DNA of 63,838 nucleotides, filler included, from 5 parts of 5 records of this genome joined end to end with filler, not necessarily neighbours in it; one strand, 5' to 3'. Positions 53,167 through 62,549 are shown, counted from the first letter of the whole stretch. The notes: generated from the letters alone by a model not told the origin. Made by a program: numbers and translations.

Positions 53167-53523
53167 ATGAGCGCGAACCCCGACCATATCCCCGGAATGC
53201 ACCTTATCGTGGACCTTTACGGGGTCGCCCGGCTGGATGATGCGGCCTTTCTGGAAACCGCCCTGCATGCAGCGGCGGGGGCGGCGGGGGCCACGGTTCT
53301 GGCAGGGCATCTGCATCATTTCGGCGAGGGGCACGGGGTGACTGGCATTCTGCTGCTGGCGGAATCTCATATCTCGATCCACACATGGCCGGAGACCGGC
53401 TATGCCGCCGTCGATATCTTCCTGTGCGGCCGGTCCGATGCCCACAAGGCCGCCGACCATCTGCACGACATCCTGCGGCCCGAGCGCGTTCAGATCACCG
53501 AGATCGCGCGCGGGCAGGGGTGA
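53167..53523 (+). CDS. speD: S-adenosylmethionine decarboxylase proenzyme (class 1b)
   Basis: Pyruvoyl cleavage motif LLAE-SHISIHTWPE and AVDIFLCG; start at 53167 is inferred. Confidence 0.92.
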   Translation: MSANPDHIPGMHLIVDLYGVARLDDAAFLETALHAAAGAAGATVLAGHLHHFGEGHGVTGILLLAESHISIHTWPETGYAAVDIFLCGRSDAHKAADHLHDILRPERVQITEIARGQG

Positions 53524-55068
53524 TCAGGGGAACCACTGGTCCCAGCCGTCGAGATAATAGCCGACAAGCGCATGGGATTGCAGGGTGTTGGGCTCTGCCT
53601 CGACCCGCGAGATATCGCCGCCAAAGAGCCGCGCCGCCTGCCATTCCTCCTCATTGAGATAGCGCAGGCCCTCTGGCAGCGGCAGGGTGTCCACCCCATG
53701 TTCCAGCGGGGCCGCAATGATGAAGCCCCATTCCCCGAAACTGGGCACATAGGTGTGATAGGGCAGCGTCCACAGCCCTGCGGTGCCGGGGATCAGCGGG
53801 TTGTTGGCGGTCTCGAACGTTTCGATCAGCGACCAGAAGGCCTGCCGGGCAAAGAGCGGCGATCCGGCTTGTGTGACGATCAGCCCGTGGGTGGACAGGC
53901 GTTCGGCCAACAGCCCGTAGAAGCTGCGGGAATAGAGCCGCGAGAGCGCAAGGTTCTTGGGGTCGGGCAGGTCGAGGATGATGACGTCATAGAGCGTTTC
54001 GGCGTGCTCGATGAACTCCCACGCGTCGGAATTGATGATGGTCACACGCGGGTCGCTGAAGGCGTGGTCATTGAGCGGCGCAAGGTCGGGGTGATCGCGG
54101 AAGAGCGTTGTCACGGCGGGGTCGAGATCGACCAGCGTCACGGTTTCCACGCCCTCATGGCGCAGCACTTCACGCGTTGCCATGCCGTCGCCACCACCGA
54201 GGATCAGGATGTTTCGGGCACGCGGCGCAAGGCCCATGGAGGGATGCACCAAGAGCTCATGATAGCGGTATTCGTCAATGCTGTCGAACTGGATGGAATG
54301 ATCAAGGAACAGCCGCACCCGATCCTGAAAGCGGGTCACGGTGATCTGCTGATAGGGCGTGGCCTGATCGAAGATGATGCTGTCTTCGTAAAGCCCGGCA
54401 TCGGCGATCGAGACCAGCCGTTCCGATTGCACCAGCCCGGCCAGAGTGGCGGCAAAGGCGAGCGCCCAGAAGGTCACCTGCGTGCGGGTCACAAGATCGC
54501 GGAAGATCCACAGTGACAGGCCCGCAACGGCGAGGTTCAGCGCCCCGAAGGTCAGGCTGGCAGACATCAGGCCCAGATGCGGGATGATCAGCAGCGGGAA
54601 GGCCAGCGACGCGGCCAGCGCGCCGACATAGTCCACGGTCAGGACGTTCTCAAACCGGAACTCGCTGGCGCCCTCGGCCTTCAGGATGCGCACGATCAGC
54701 GGAATTTCCATGCCGGACAACACGCCGACGGCAATGAGCATTCCGTAGAGCGGCAGGCCCACATCACCCAACCAGCCATAAATGATGAACAGCACCGGCG
54801 CCATGAAACCGCCGACAAGCCCCAGCAGGATCTGCGCCCAGACAAAGCCGGAAAACGCCTGCCCCACATAGCGCGACAGCCACGATCCCAGCCCCATCGA
54901 GGACAGGAAGATCCCGATCACCAGCGAGAACTGACGCACGGAATCGCCAAGCAGATAGCTCGACACCGTGGCCGCGACCAGTTCGTAGATCAGCCCGGCA
55001 ATGGCGACCAGAAAGGTCGCCGCCAGCAGCCAGACCTCGCGCAGGCGCGGGGCTTGGGCTGTTGTCAT
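53524..55068 (-). CDS. Membrane-bound polyamine aminopropyltransferase (about 7 TM + spermidine-synthase domain)
   Basis: GLIYEL..LLGDSVRQFS TM domain; DEYRYHE, LGGGDG, VDLD, IILDLPDP, PSFGEWGF; ATG 55068 overlaps the DUF350 stop. Confidence 0.92.
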   Translation of the reverse strand: MTTAQAPRLREVWLLAATFLVAIAGLIYELVAATVSSYLLGDSVRQFSLVIGIFLSSMGLGSWLSRYVGQAFSGFVWAQILLGLVGGFMAPVLFIIYGWLGDVGLPLYGMLIAVGVLSGMEIPLIVRILKAEGASEFRFENVLTVDYVGALAASLAFPLLIIPHLGLMSASLTFGALNLAVAGLSLWIFRDLVTRTQVTFWALAFAATLAGLVQSERLVSIADAGLYEDSIIFDQATPYQQITVTRFQDRVRLFLDHSIQFDSIDEYRYHELLVHPSMGLAPRARNILILGGGDGMATREVLRHEGVETVTLVDLDPAVTTLFRDHPDLAPLNDHAFSDPRVTIINSDAWEFIEHAETLYDVIILDLPDPKNLALSRLYSRSFYGLLAERLSTHGLIVTQAGSPLFARQAFWSLIETFETANNPLIPGTAGLWTLPYHTYVPSFGEWGFIIAAPLEHGVDTLPLPEGLRYLNEEEWQAARLFGGDISRVEAEPNTLQSHALVGYYLDGWDQWFP

Positions 55069-55289
55069 GAAACGATGACGGCCGCGATGATGATGGCGAT
55101 GGACAGGAACAGCATGCCGATCATGACGGCCAGCGCGACGTTCTGATCTTCCTCGATCTCCTTGATGATCGGGAAGGGCGAAGCCGCGACGATGATCTTC
55201 CACACGATCCACATCAGCACCATTCCGATGCCGGTGTAGACGATGGTGCCGAGGATTTCGGCCAGTTGAAGCTCTGCAAACAGTTCCAT
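55065..55289 (-). CDS. DUF350 (YjfL-like) small membrane protein
   Basis: Two TM helices around KEIEEDQNVALAV..LSIAIIIAA. Confidence 0.85.
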   Translation of the reverse strand: MELFAELQLAEILGTIVYTGIGMVLMWIVWKIIVAASPFPIIKEIEEDQNVALAVMIGMLFLSIAIIIAAVIVS

Positions 55290-55302
55290 TGGATCCTCTT
55301 TC

Positions 55303-55470
55303 TTATTTGACGCGACCGAAGCCGAAGAAGCCGGTATTGCCGCCGCTGCCGGTCCTTAGCGAGACGTGCCGACTGGTTGTGTCGGGGGCCGCGCCCCGGT
55401 AGGCGACGTAGGACACACCGAGAACGGCGACGATGGTAACGGCCAGGAATATGGTGCGAAACAGGTTCAT
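55303..55470 (-). CDS. 55-aa single-TM peptide with Gly/Ser/Arg-rich tail
   Basis: MNLFRTIFLAVTIVAVLGVSYVAYRGAAPDTTSRHVSLRTGSGGNTGFFGFGRVK; GAGGA RBS, start 1 bp after the upstream stop. Confidence 0.75.
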   Translation of the reverse strand: MNLFRTIFLAVTIVAVLGVSYVAYRGAAPDTTSRHVSLRTGSGGNTGFFGFGRVK

Positions 55471-55471
55471 G

Positions 55472-56797
55472 TCAGTCCTCGCTCGTCCAGTCCGATCCGC
55501 TCCAGCGATTGCGGTTGAAGTACCACTTGCGGGCGAAGCTGATGAGCACAACGATCAGGAACACGATCGCCAAACGGTAGAGCCAGTAGCCGCTGGAGAT
55601 ATCGCCATAGCTGCGGATGGTGATCGAGCCTTCGGTCAGCCGGGGCGGGGTCTGGTTGTTGGCGCTCGGCCCGTCGGCACCGACGGCCAGCGCCAGTTGG
55701 TATTGGCCTGCTTGTGTGCTGGGGAAGATCATCTCCAGGTGATTGGTGCTGCCTGCGGGCTGTCCGGCCCGCTGGCCACCGACATAGACCCGCGCGCGGC
55801 TTGGGCCGTTGGGGGCGGCACTGCCATCGGCCAGCAATAGCTGCGCATCAATCCGCGACCAGCGATTTGAGTTGGGCGCACCCGCCCAAGGGGTCACATG
55901 GGGCGTGCCGTCCAGTGTCAGCCGGACCGGGCCGGGCATATCGGGGATCTCTATGGGGATTGCCATCGGCAGTTGCGCGGCCTGCACCTCGATCGGGGTG
56001 CCGATCTCTCGTCCGGTGCGGGTGTCGAAGATCATGGCCAATGCAAAGCAGGCGACCATGGCAACAAGGGCCACGATGCGCATGAACCGGTCATTGCCGT
56101 CGCCGGTATAGGGCTGCATCGGGTGGCTGCCCTTTGGAACCGGCGGGTTGGTCACGCCGAAGGACGCAGAGACCGCCGCGCTGTCCAGCAGTTCCGAGCG
56201 ATAGACCTCGCGTTCCTGATTGGTCTCGGAAAAGCCAAGCATCGCATTGTCGGTCAGCATCGACACGGTGGTTGTCTTTTCGCCGATCTTGGGAGCCCAG
56301 GTGAATTCACCTTCTGCAAAGATGATCTGGCCATCGGAGGTTTCATAGTAGCGATAGCGGTCGCCATCGACGCGGACCGTGGGCGGGTGGTTGGCCCGTT
56401 CCACCTGTGCGGACGACACCCAGACCGGCCGCCGGTAGCGGCGCGTAAAGACAAGATGCCCGTCCTCGATGGTCAGCCAGGCATAGCCATGGGTGGGGGA
56501 ATAAAGCTGGTGGTCGATCCAGGTCCAGGTCTGGCCGCGATACCGCTCGCGAAACTCCAGCATCCCGATGACGGTATAGTCGACGCCCTTGATCTTGCCC
56601 GCCATGCCGATGCGGAAGGGGCTGTCGGGGCGTTGCAGCCCGTCGAACTTGGCGATGACCTTGTAGTCGTCCTGCGCGTCCAGTTCGGCCCCGCAATAGG
56701 GGCAGATATGGACCATGATCCGCCCGCCGCCGAGCACATCCAGCCCGGCCCCGCAGGAGGTGCAATTGACGGTTGTGGTGGCGGCGGCAAGGCTCAT
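55472..56797 (-). CDS. Zn-ribbon + DUF4178 domain membrane protein
   Basis: CTSCG..CPYCG, aromatic-rich domain (GYAWLTIEDGH, AEGEFTW), two TM helices flanking an extracytoplasmic domain, C-terminal RWSGSDW. Confidence 0.8.
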   Translation of the reverse strand: MSLAAATTTVNCTSCGAGLDVLGGGRIMVHICPYCGAELDAQDDYKVIAKFDGLQRPDSPFRIGMAGKIKGVDYTVIGMLEFRERYRGQTWTWIDHQLYSPTHGYAWLTIEDGHLVFTRRYRRPVWVSSAQVERANHPPTVRVDGDRYRYYETSDGQIIFAEGEFTWAPKIGEKTTTVSMLTDNAMLGFSETNQEREVYRSELLDSAAVSASFGVTNPPVPKGSHPMQPYTGDGNDRFMRIVALVAMVACFALAMIFDTRTGREIGTPIEVQAAQLPMAIPIEIPDMPGPVRLTLDGTPHVTPWAGAPNSNRWSRIDAQLLLADGSAAPNGPSRARVYVGGQRAGQPAGSTNHLEMIFPSTQAGQYQLALAVGADGPSANNQTPPRLTEGSITIRSYGDISSGYWLYRLAIVFLIVVLISFARKWYFNRNRWSGSDWTSED

Positions 56798-57408
56798 GCT
56801 TGCCTCCTGACCGTGATCTCGAAGGGATCAAACCAGTAGCCGAGGAACCACGATTGACCACCCTCCCAGATCTCGCCGGACAGCAGCAGGCCGTTTGACG
56901 ACTGTGCGTTGACGAAGCTGTAGGTCTCGCCCACTTTCAGTTCCTCGTCGAAACTGCCGCGCAGGGCCACGCAATCGGCGCTGTCGACCTCGACCACCTT
57001 GAACGACTGGTCCTGACAGTGCAGTTCGCGGCCCGGGCGAAATTCTCCCTGAGCGCGGGGGTAATTGCGGGCGGGGACCGGTTTCTGGACCACGATATCG
57101 CCCTCGTCGACGGACACCCACATGGGATCGCCCGAGGGGGTTTCGCCCCAGAATTCCTCCCAGAAGCCGCGACCGTAGGAAAACCGCGCATGGCCATGCA
57201 GCGTGACCGTCGTTTCACCGCAAATCACGGTGTCGCCGATGTCGAACAGCATCGGAACCTCGTGCATCACACCCTGTTCGCCGGCCAGCCGCACGGCTTC
57301 GGATTCGATCAGGATGGTGGAGTCGCAGGACGGGCAGGTGACCATGCGCGCGCGCGCAATGGTGGGGGTGACGTCATCGCCACAATTGGGGCAGCTGAAT
57401 GTGCTCAT
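56794..57408 (-). CDS. Zn-ribbon + DUF4178 domain soluble protein
   Basis: CPNCG..CPSC, GFWEEFW, WVSVDEGD, LLSGE. Confidence 0.8.
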   Translation of the reverse strand: MSTFSCPNCGDDVTPTIARARMVTCPSCDSTILIESEAVRLAGEQGVMHEVPMLFDIGDTVICGETTVTLHGHARFSYGRGFWEEFWGETPSGDPMWVSVDEGDIVVQKPVPARNYPRAQGEFRPGRELHCQDQSFKVVEVDSADCVALRGSFDEELKVGETYSFVNAQSSNGLLLSGEIWEGGQSWFLGYWFDPFEITVRRQA

Positions 57409-57517
57409 AAGCTAATCAAGCGTCGATCAATGGGCCCGCAAGGGGGCGGAAATGCAGTAACTTGGCAAAGCCTAAGCGCACAACGTCGCGAAATAAAGCC
57501 TGAATTTCCGTGCCGCG

Positions 57518-58146
57518 TCAGTCGCGGCGGCCATAATCGCTGAAGGCGGTCAGAGCTTCTTCTATCTGGAACCGGTCAAGAATGTGGGGCTGACCGATCG
57601 AGAGCGACAGGACATAGCCCCGCGCCAGCGTTTCCAGTTCACCTATGCGCCAAAGCGCTTTTTCGAGCGTTTCGCCCACAACCGTGGCCCCATGATTGGC
57701 CATCAGGCAGGCGTGGCGGTCGACCATGGCATTGACGACGTTGCGGGCCAGTTCCTCACCCCCAAAAAGCGCATAGCCCGCCAGCGGCACGTCATGGCCG
57801 CCAAAGGCCGCCACCATGTAGTGGACCGCCGGGATGGGCTGCCGGTTCTGCGCCAGCGCGGTGCAGTAGACGGGGTGGGCATGGATGACGGCATGCATGT
57901 CGGGCCTGGCTGCCAGAAGCGCCTGATGAAAGCGCCATTCGGAAGAGGGCTTAAGGGCGCCCTGCGGCCGCGGGTCACCCGACAGAGGCACCGGCTGGAT
58001 CATGTCGGGGGTCATGGCGTCATACGGCACGCCCGAGGGGGTGATCAGCATCGCATCGCCCGCGCGGAGCGAGATATTGCCAGAGGTGCCCTGATTGATG
58101 CCCTCCGCGTTCAGTGCAAGGCAGGCGTCGATAATGGCCTGCCGGG
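57518..58146 (-). CDS. Class II aldolase/adducin family (FucA-like), 5' truncated
   Basis: Frame extends to the contig edge: GINQGTSGNIS, ITPSG, PSSEWRFH, HAHP, MANHG. Confidence 0.92.
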
Positions 58147-58246
58147 NNNNNNNNNNNNNNNNNNNNNNNNNNNNNNNNNNNNNNNNNNNNTTAATTAATT
58201 AANNNNNNNNNNNNNNNNNNNNNNNNNNNNNNNNNNNNNNNNNNNN
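58147..58246. other. Artificial contig spacer
   Basis: 44 N + TTAATTAATTAA + 44 N. Confidence 0.98.
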
Positions 58247-58263
58247 GTAAATTCAAGGCTCAT
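58247..58263 (-). CDS. Probable start of CoA-transferase subunit B (CatJ)
   Basis: ATG overlaps the catI stop (TGATG) with AGGAG upstream; only MSLEF is visible, so the call rests on context. Confidence 0.5.
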
Positions 58264-59078
58264 CACGCAGCTCCTTTCTCGAAAACGTTCTCTTTCAGCC
58301 AGGCCTGGAAGGTCTCGCGGTCGCGGGCGATGCCGTCCCAGTCCTTGTAGAAAGCGTTGTCACGGTCGTAGTAGCCCAGGGCATAGGACGGCTTGGCGCC
58401 TTGGGGGGCCTCGGCAATGGCGGTGATCGCCCAGGACGGGAGCACGCAGGCATTTACCGACGCGCCCAGGTCGTCCACGATTTCCTCAACGGTGACGATG
58501 CTGCGCCTGGCGGCCAGGACGACCTCTTTCTGAATGCCAACAATGCCTTCAATCAGCACGTTGCCCTTGCGATCAGCCCGCTGGGCGTGGATTACCGCTA
58601 CATCCGGGCGAATGGAGGGTATCGCTGCCAGGCGCTCTCCGGTGAACGGGCATTCGATGAACTTGATCTGGTCATTCACTTTGGGCAGGTCGCTCCCCAC
58701 ATAGCCGCGCAAGACGGCCAGCGGCAGGCCGGCCGCTCCGGCTTCATAGGCGTTGGCCATGGCGGCGTGGCTGTGCTCCAGGATCTCCAGCTTGTTAGGC
58801 CAGCCTTTTTCCACCGCGTCACGCAGTCGATGCAGGGAACCCACGCCGGGGTTGCCGCCCCAGGAAAAAATCAGCTTTTTCGCGCAGCCGGCGCCGATCA
58901 TCTGGTCGTAAACCAGGTCCGGGGTCATGCGGATCAGAGTCAGATCGCGCTTTTCCTGACGGATGATTTCGTGGCCCGCAGCAAACGGGATCAGGTGAGT
59001 GAAGCCTTCCATCGCCACGGTGTCACCGTTGTTGATGTATTTGCTCACCGCTTCCTTGAGGGGAAGAAACTCGGCCAT
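58263..59078 (-). CDS. catI: 3-oxoadipate CoA-transferase subunit A (glutaconate CoA-transferase-like type)
   Basis: EGFTHLIPFAAGHE, RMTPD, GGNPGVGSLHR; GGAGG RBS before ATG 59078; cat-cluster context. Confidence 0.88.
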   Translation of the reverse strand: MAEFLPLKEAVSKYINNGDTVAMEGFTHLIPFAAGHEIIRQEKRDLTLIRMTPDLVYDQMIGAGCAKKLIFSWGGNPGVGSLHRLRDAVEKGWPNKLEILEHSHAAMANAYEAGAAGLPLAVLRGYVGSDLPKVNDQIKFIECPFTGERLAAIPSIRPDVAVIHAQRADRKGNVLIEGIVGIQKEVVLAARRSIVTVEEIVDDLGASVNACVLPSWAITAIAEAPQGAKPSYALGYYDRDNAFYKDWDGIARDRETFQAWLKENVFEKGAA

Positions 59079-59109
59079 CGCAGTGCCTCCTGTATCACTT
59101 CTGTGATTA

Positions 59110-59147
59110 GTTCGTAACACGAACATAAGTTTAATATGCGAACATAA
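59110..59147. promoter_or_regulatory. PcaR-type operator 1 (palindrome plus direct repeat)
   Basis: GTTCG-taaca-CGAAC (59110-59124); CGAACATAA repeated at 59120 and 59139. Confidence 0.75.
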
Positions 59148-59209
59148 TGGCGCGATTGGTTTTGGGTCGTCAAGTACAAATTTTCACCAGTTGGCAAAAA
59201 TGCACGGAT

Positions 59210-59224
59210 GTTCGGAGTGCGAAC
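59210..59224. promoter_or_regulatory. PcaR-type operator 2
   Basis: GTTCG-gagtg-CGAAC upstream of the IclR gene. Confidence 0.7.
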
Positions 59225-59274
59225 CAGCTGTTACCATGCTCGGATATCGAGCTTTGCAGGGCGAAGGAGCCGGA

Positions 59275-60054
59275 ATGGACGAATCGATACTGAAGCCGGG
59301 GGACCGGGATTATGTTGGAGCGCTGGCCTCGGGGTTGGAGGTGCTGCAGGCATTTGACGCCGACCACCCCAGAATGACCCTGAGCGAAGTGGCGGCGCGT
59401 ACGGATATGGATCGCGCCAAGGCCAGACGGTTTTTGCTGACCCTCCACGCTCTGGGATTTGTGAAGCGTAGCGGCCGGCAGTTCGAGTTGACGCCCCGGG
59501 TACTGCAGCTGGGTTATGCCTATCAGGCCTCCAATCAGTACCGGGCGGTGATCCAGCAGTACCTGGAAGACATCACGGCGGAGCTGGGAGAGTCGTCTTC
59601 GCTGGCGGTGCTGGATGGCGATGAGGTGGTGTATGTCGTGCGTTCGGCCGCGCGCCACCGGCTGATGGCGATTACACTGTCGGTGGGTACCCGACTGCCA
59701 GCGGCTTATACCTCGATGGGGCGGGTATTGCTGGCGCAGTTACCGGAACCGGAGCTTGAAGCCTGTCTTGAACGGATCAGGCTTGAACGCTACACCTCGT
59801 CGTCGCTGACGGACAGGAACGCTTTGCGTGAAGAAATCAGCAAGGTGCGCGAGCAGGGCTATGCCATTGTGGATCAGGAACTGGATCTGGGCCTGAGATC
59901 GGTGGCGGTGCCTGTGTTTACCGCCAGCGGAGAACTGTTGGGTGCGTTGAATATCAGTACCAACGCGGCCCGTGTCGATATGGATACCCTGCTCAATACC
60001 TATTTGCCCAGGCTGCAGTTGGTGGCCGACAAGGTTCGGCAGACGGCTCGCTGA
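59275..60054 (+). CDS. pcaR: IclR family regulator, PcaR/PcaU/PobR subfamily
   Basis: DYVGALASGLEVL, ARRFLLTL, VGTRLPAAYTSMGRVLL, DQELDLGLRS; AAGGAG RBS. Confidence 0.88.
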   Translation: MDESILKPGDRDYVGALASGLEVLQAFDADHPRMTLSEVAARTDMDRAKARRFLLTLHALGFVKRSGRQFELTPRVLQLGYAYQASNQYRAVIQQYLEDITAELGESSSLAVLDGDEVVYVVRSAARHRLMAITLSVGTRLPAAYTSMGRVLLAQLPEPELEACLERIRLERYTSSSLTDRNALREEISKVREQGYAIVDQELDLGLRSVAVPVFTASGELLGALNISTNAARVDMDTLLNTYLPRLQLVADKVRQTAR

Positions 60055-60957
60055 TTACGGGTAACGGCCGGTCAGCCGGTTCTCAACCAGTTCTGCCAGT
60101 ATGGTGTTGGTCAGGCGCATGACCGCATTCGGGTTCTCGCCGCGCCGACGGGAAGCGATCACCGGCGTGGTGATATTGTCGTCTTCCAGCGGCATGTAAT
60201 CCACACCTTCCCGTTGCAGACGGCGCACCTGCTCTGGCACCAGGGTGAAGCCCATGTCAGAGGCCACCAGCGACAGCGCCGTCTGAACATCATTGACCTG
60301 TTGTATCACATTCACCCTGAGGCCGCGGCGGTGAAACAGGCCCTGGGTAATGTCTGAAAAGTTCGGCCCGGCACCCGCTGGAAAGGTGATCATAGGAACC
60401 TCTGAGAGCTCTTTCATTGAAGGTGGATGCCGAGTAAGCGGATGGTTGGCTGGCACCGCTGCAATCATCGGTTCGTCGAAGAGAAGTTCCTGCTCGACGT
60501 CCGGGTCCTGAATGTTCAGACGGCCAAAGCCGATATCGATCTTGCCCGCTTTCAAGGCTTCAACCTGTTCCCGGGTTTTCAGCTCGTGCAGCACGATTTC
60601 CAGATTCTTGTTCTGCCGCAGCCGTCGCACCATTAGCGGCAGCTGGCCGTAAAAGACTGAGGGCACGAAGCCAATCGAGAACAGGGTTTTCCGATGGCGC
60701 GCAATCCTGCGGGTGTCGTCGATGGTGGCGTTAACCTTGTCCAGCACCTGCTTGGCCTGTTCCAGAAAGTATTCACCCCCGGTGGTCAGCTCCAGCCCGC
60801 GGGGTTTGCGAATGAACAATTCCACGCCCACTTCTTCTTCCAGCTGCTTGATGGCCCGGGTCAGGGGCGGCTGGGCAATAAACAGTTTTTCGGCAGCACG
60901 GGTCAGGTTGCCGGCTTCGGCCACTGCGACGAAGTAGCGCAAGTGTCTCAGCTCCAT
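60055..60957 (-). CDS. catR: LysR family regulator CatR/CatM-like
   Basis: MELRHLRYFVAVAE..IAQPPLTR, IDIGFGRL; divergent from catB. Confidence 0.9.
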   Translation of the reverse strand: MELRHLRYFVAVAEAGNLTRAAEKLFIAQPPLTRAIKQLEEEVGVELFIRKPRGLELTTGGEYFLEQAKQVLDKVNATIDDTRRIARHRKTLFSIGFVPSVFYGQLPLMVRRLRQNKNLEIVLHELKTREQVEALKAGKIDIGFGRLNIQDPDVEQELLFDEPMIAAVPANHPLTRHPPSMKELSEVPMITFPAGAGPNFSDITQGLFHRRGLRVNVIQQVNDVQTALSLVASDMGFTLVPEQVRRLQREGVDYMPLEDDNITTPVIASRRRGENPNAVMRLTNTILAELVENRLTGRYP

Positions 60958-60959
60958 CC

Positions 60960-60974
60960 ATACCTCCAGGGTAT
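60960..60974. promoter_or_regulatory. CatR/BenM/CatM recognition site
   Basis: ATAC-CTCCAGG-GTAT, a perfect ATAC-N7-GTAT, adjacent to the catR start. Confidence 0.85.
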
Positions 60975-61063
60975 CGGTTATTACTTAATCAATATTGGTT
61001 CACGCTGGTGAAACTTCGTAGTGTTCGAATCACAGGATTTTTACCTAGCGATTCGGAGCAGCC

Positions 61064-62185
61064 ATGTCAGCCACCATTCAGTCCATCGAAGCGATCCTGG
61101 TCGATATCCCGACCATCCGCCCGCACAAGCTATCCATGACAACCATGGGGGTTCAGACCATGGTGATTGTGCGGGTGAGGGATTCTGATGGCCTGGAAGG
61201 TCTCGGTGAGGCGACCACCATCGGTGGTCTGGCCTACGGCCCGGAAAGCCCCGAAAGCGTAAAGCTTACGATTGAAACCTATTTCAAACCGCAACTGATT
61301 AACCAGCCTGCCGGCAACATCAATACCCTGAGGGTAATGTTAGACCGCTCGACCCGCGGTAACAACCTGGCCAAGTCAGCCATCGAGACCGCGCTGCTGG
61401 ACCTGCAGGGCAAGCGATTGAATCGCCCGGTCTCAGACCTGCTCGGCGGGGCCCTGCATCAGCATGTTCCGGTGCTCTGGACCCTGGCCAGCGGTGATAC
61501 CCGAAAAGACATCGAAGAAGCCCTGGGGCTGATCGAAACTCGTCGTCACTGTGACTTCAAGCTCAAGATCGGTGCCCGTCCGGTGATGGACGATGTGCGT
61601 CATGTGGCGGCTATTAAAGAAGCCGTGGGTGACAGCGCCAGTGTCCGTGTGGATGTCAACCAGGCCTGGGACGAAGCGACTGCGGCCAAAGGCATGGCCG
61701 AATTGCAGTCGGCTGGTATCGACCTGGTAGAGCAGCCAACGCCGATGAAGGATCACGCCGCGCTGGTGCGTCTGTCTGAGAAATTCCATCTGCCCATTCT
61801 GGCCGACGAGGCCGTGGCCGATGCCAAAGATCTTTACAACCTGGCCGCTGCCGGTTTCTCCGGTGCCGTGGCCATGAAAATCGCCAAGGCCGGTGGACCG
61901 GTACAGGCACTGAAACAGGCCGCGGTGGCCCAGGCTGCCGGCATTGGTCTGTACGGCGGCACCCTGCTGGAAGGCACCATCGGCACCGCTGCTTCTCTGC
62001 ATGCCTGGTCGACCCTGGAAACCCTGCACTGGGGTACCGAGATGTTCGGCCCGCTGTTGATGAAAGACGACATCGTGGCCAAGCCGCTGCATTTCCATAA
62101 CAACGGCGTTGACCTGCCGCAGGGCCCGGGCCTCGGCATCGAAATCGATGAAGACAAGCTGGCCCGGTATCGCCGCAAGGCCTGA
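61064..62185 (+). CDS. catB: Muconate cycloisomerase
   Basis: PTIRPHKL, FKLKIG, RVDVNQAW, EQP, ADE, GTEMFGPLL. Confidence 0.96.
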   Translation: MSATIQSIEAILVDIPTIRPHKLSMTTMGVQTMVIVRVRDSDGLEGLGEATTIGGLAYGPESPESVKLTIETYFKPQLINQPAGNINTLRVMLDRSTRGNNLAKSAIETALLDLQGKRLNRPVSDLLGGALHQHVPVLWTLASGDTRKDIEEALGLIETRRHCDFKLKIGARPVMDDVRHVAAIKEAVGDSASVRVDVNQAWDEATAAKGMAELQSAGIDLVEQPTPMKDHAALVRLSEKFHLPILADEAVADAKDLYNLAAAGFSGAVAMKIAKAGGPVQALKQAAVAQAAGIGLYGGTLLEGTIGTAASLHAWSTLETLHWGTEMFGPLLMKDDIVAKPLHFHNNGVDLPQGPGLGIEIDEDKLARYRRKA

Positions 62186-62218
62186 GCCGACAAAGATTCA
62201 GTAAACGGAGGAATGCAC

Positions 62219-62509
62219 ATGCTGTTCAAAGTCGAGATGAAGGTGAATATCCCTCACGACATGCCCGCCGACGTGGCGGCAGACATCAAGGCCCGGGAAA
62301 AAGCCTACGCCCAGGACCTGCAGCAGCAGGGCAAGTGGCGTCACCTGTGGCGGGTAGCTGGCAGCTACGCCAACGTCAGCATTTTTGATGTGGCCGACAA
62401 CGCCGAGCTGCAGGACCTGGTCAGCAACCTGCCTTTGTTCCCCTATATGGACATCACCGTCGCGCCCCTGTGCCGGCACCCGTCGTCGATCCATGAGGAT
62501 GATCGCTGA
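62219..62509 (+). CDS. catC: Muconolactone delta-isomerase
   Basis: 96 aa; GKWRHLWRVAG, LPLFPYM, LCRHPSSI. Confidence 0.96.
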   Translation: MLFKVEMKVNIPHDMPADVAADIKAREKAYAQDLQQQGKWRHLWRVAGSYANVSIFDVADNAELQDLVSNLPLFPYMDITVAPLCRHPSSIHEDDR

Positions 62510-62549
62510 ACGCAAACACACCGTTGCCATCTGATGACCTGATTTGAGC

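Noticed and set aside
60052-60057. Abutting stop codons of pcaR and catR as a special feature
   Set aside because: Common for convergent regulator genes, with no further signal.
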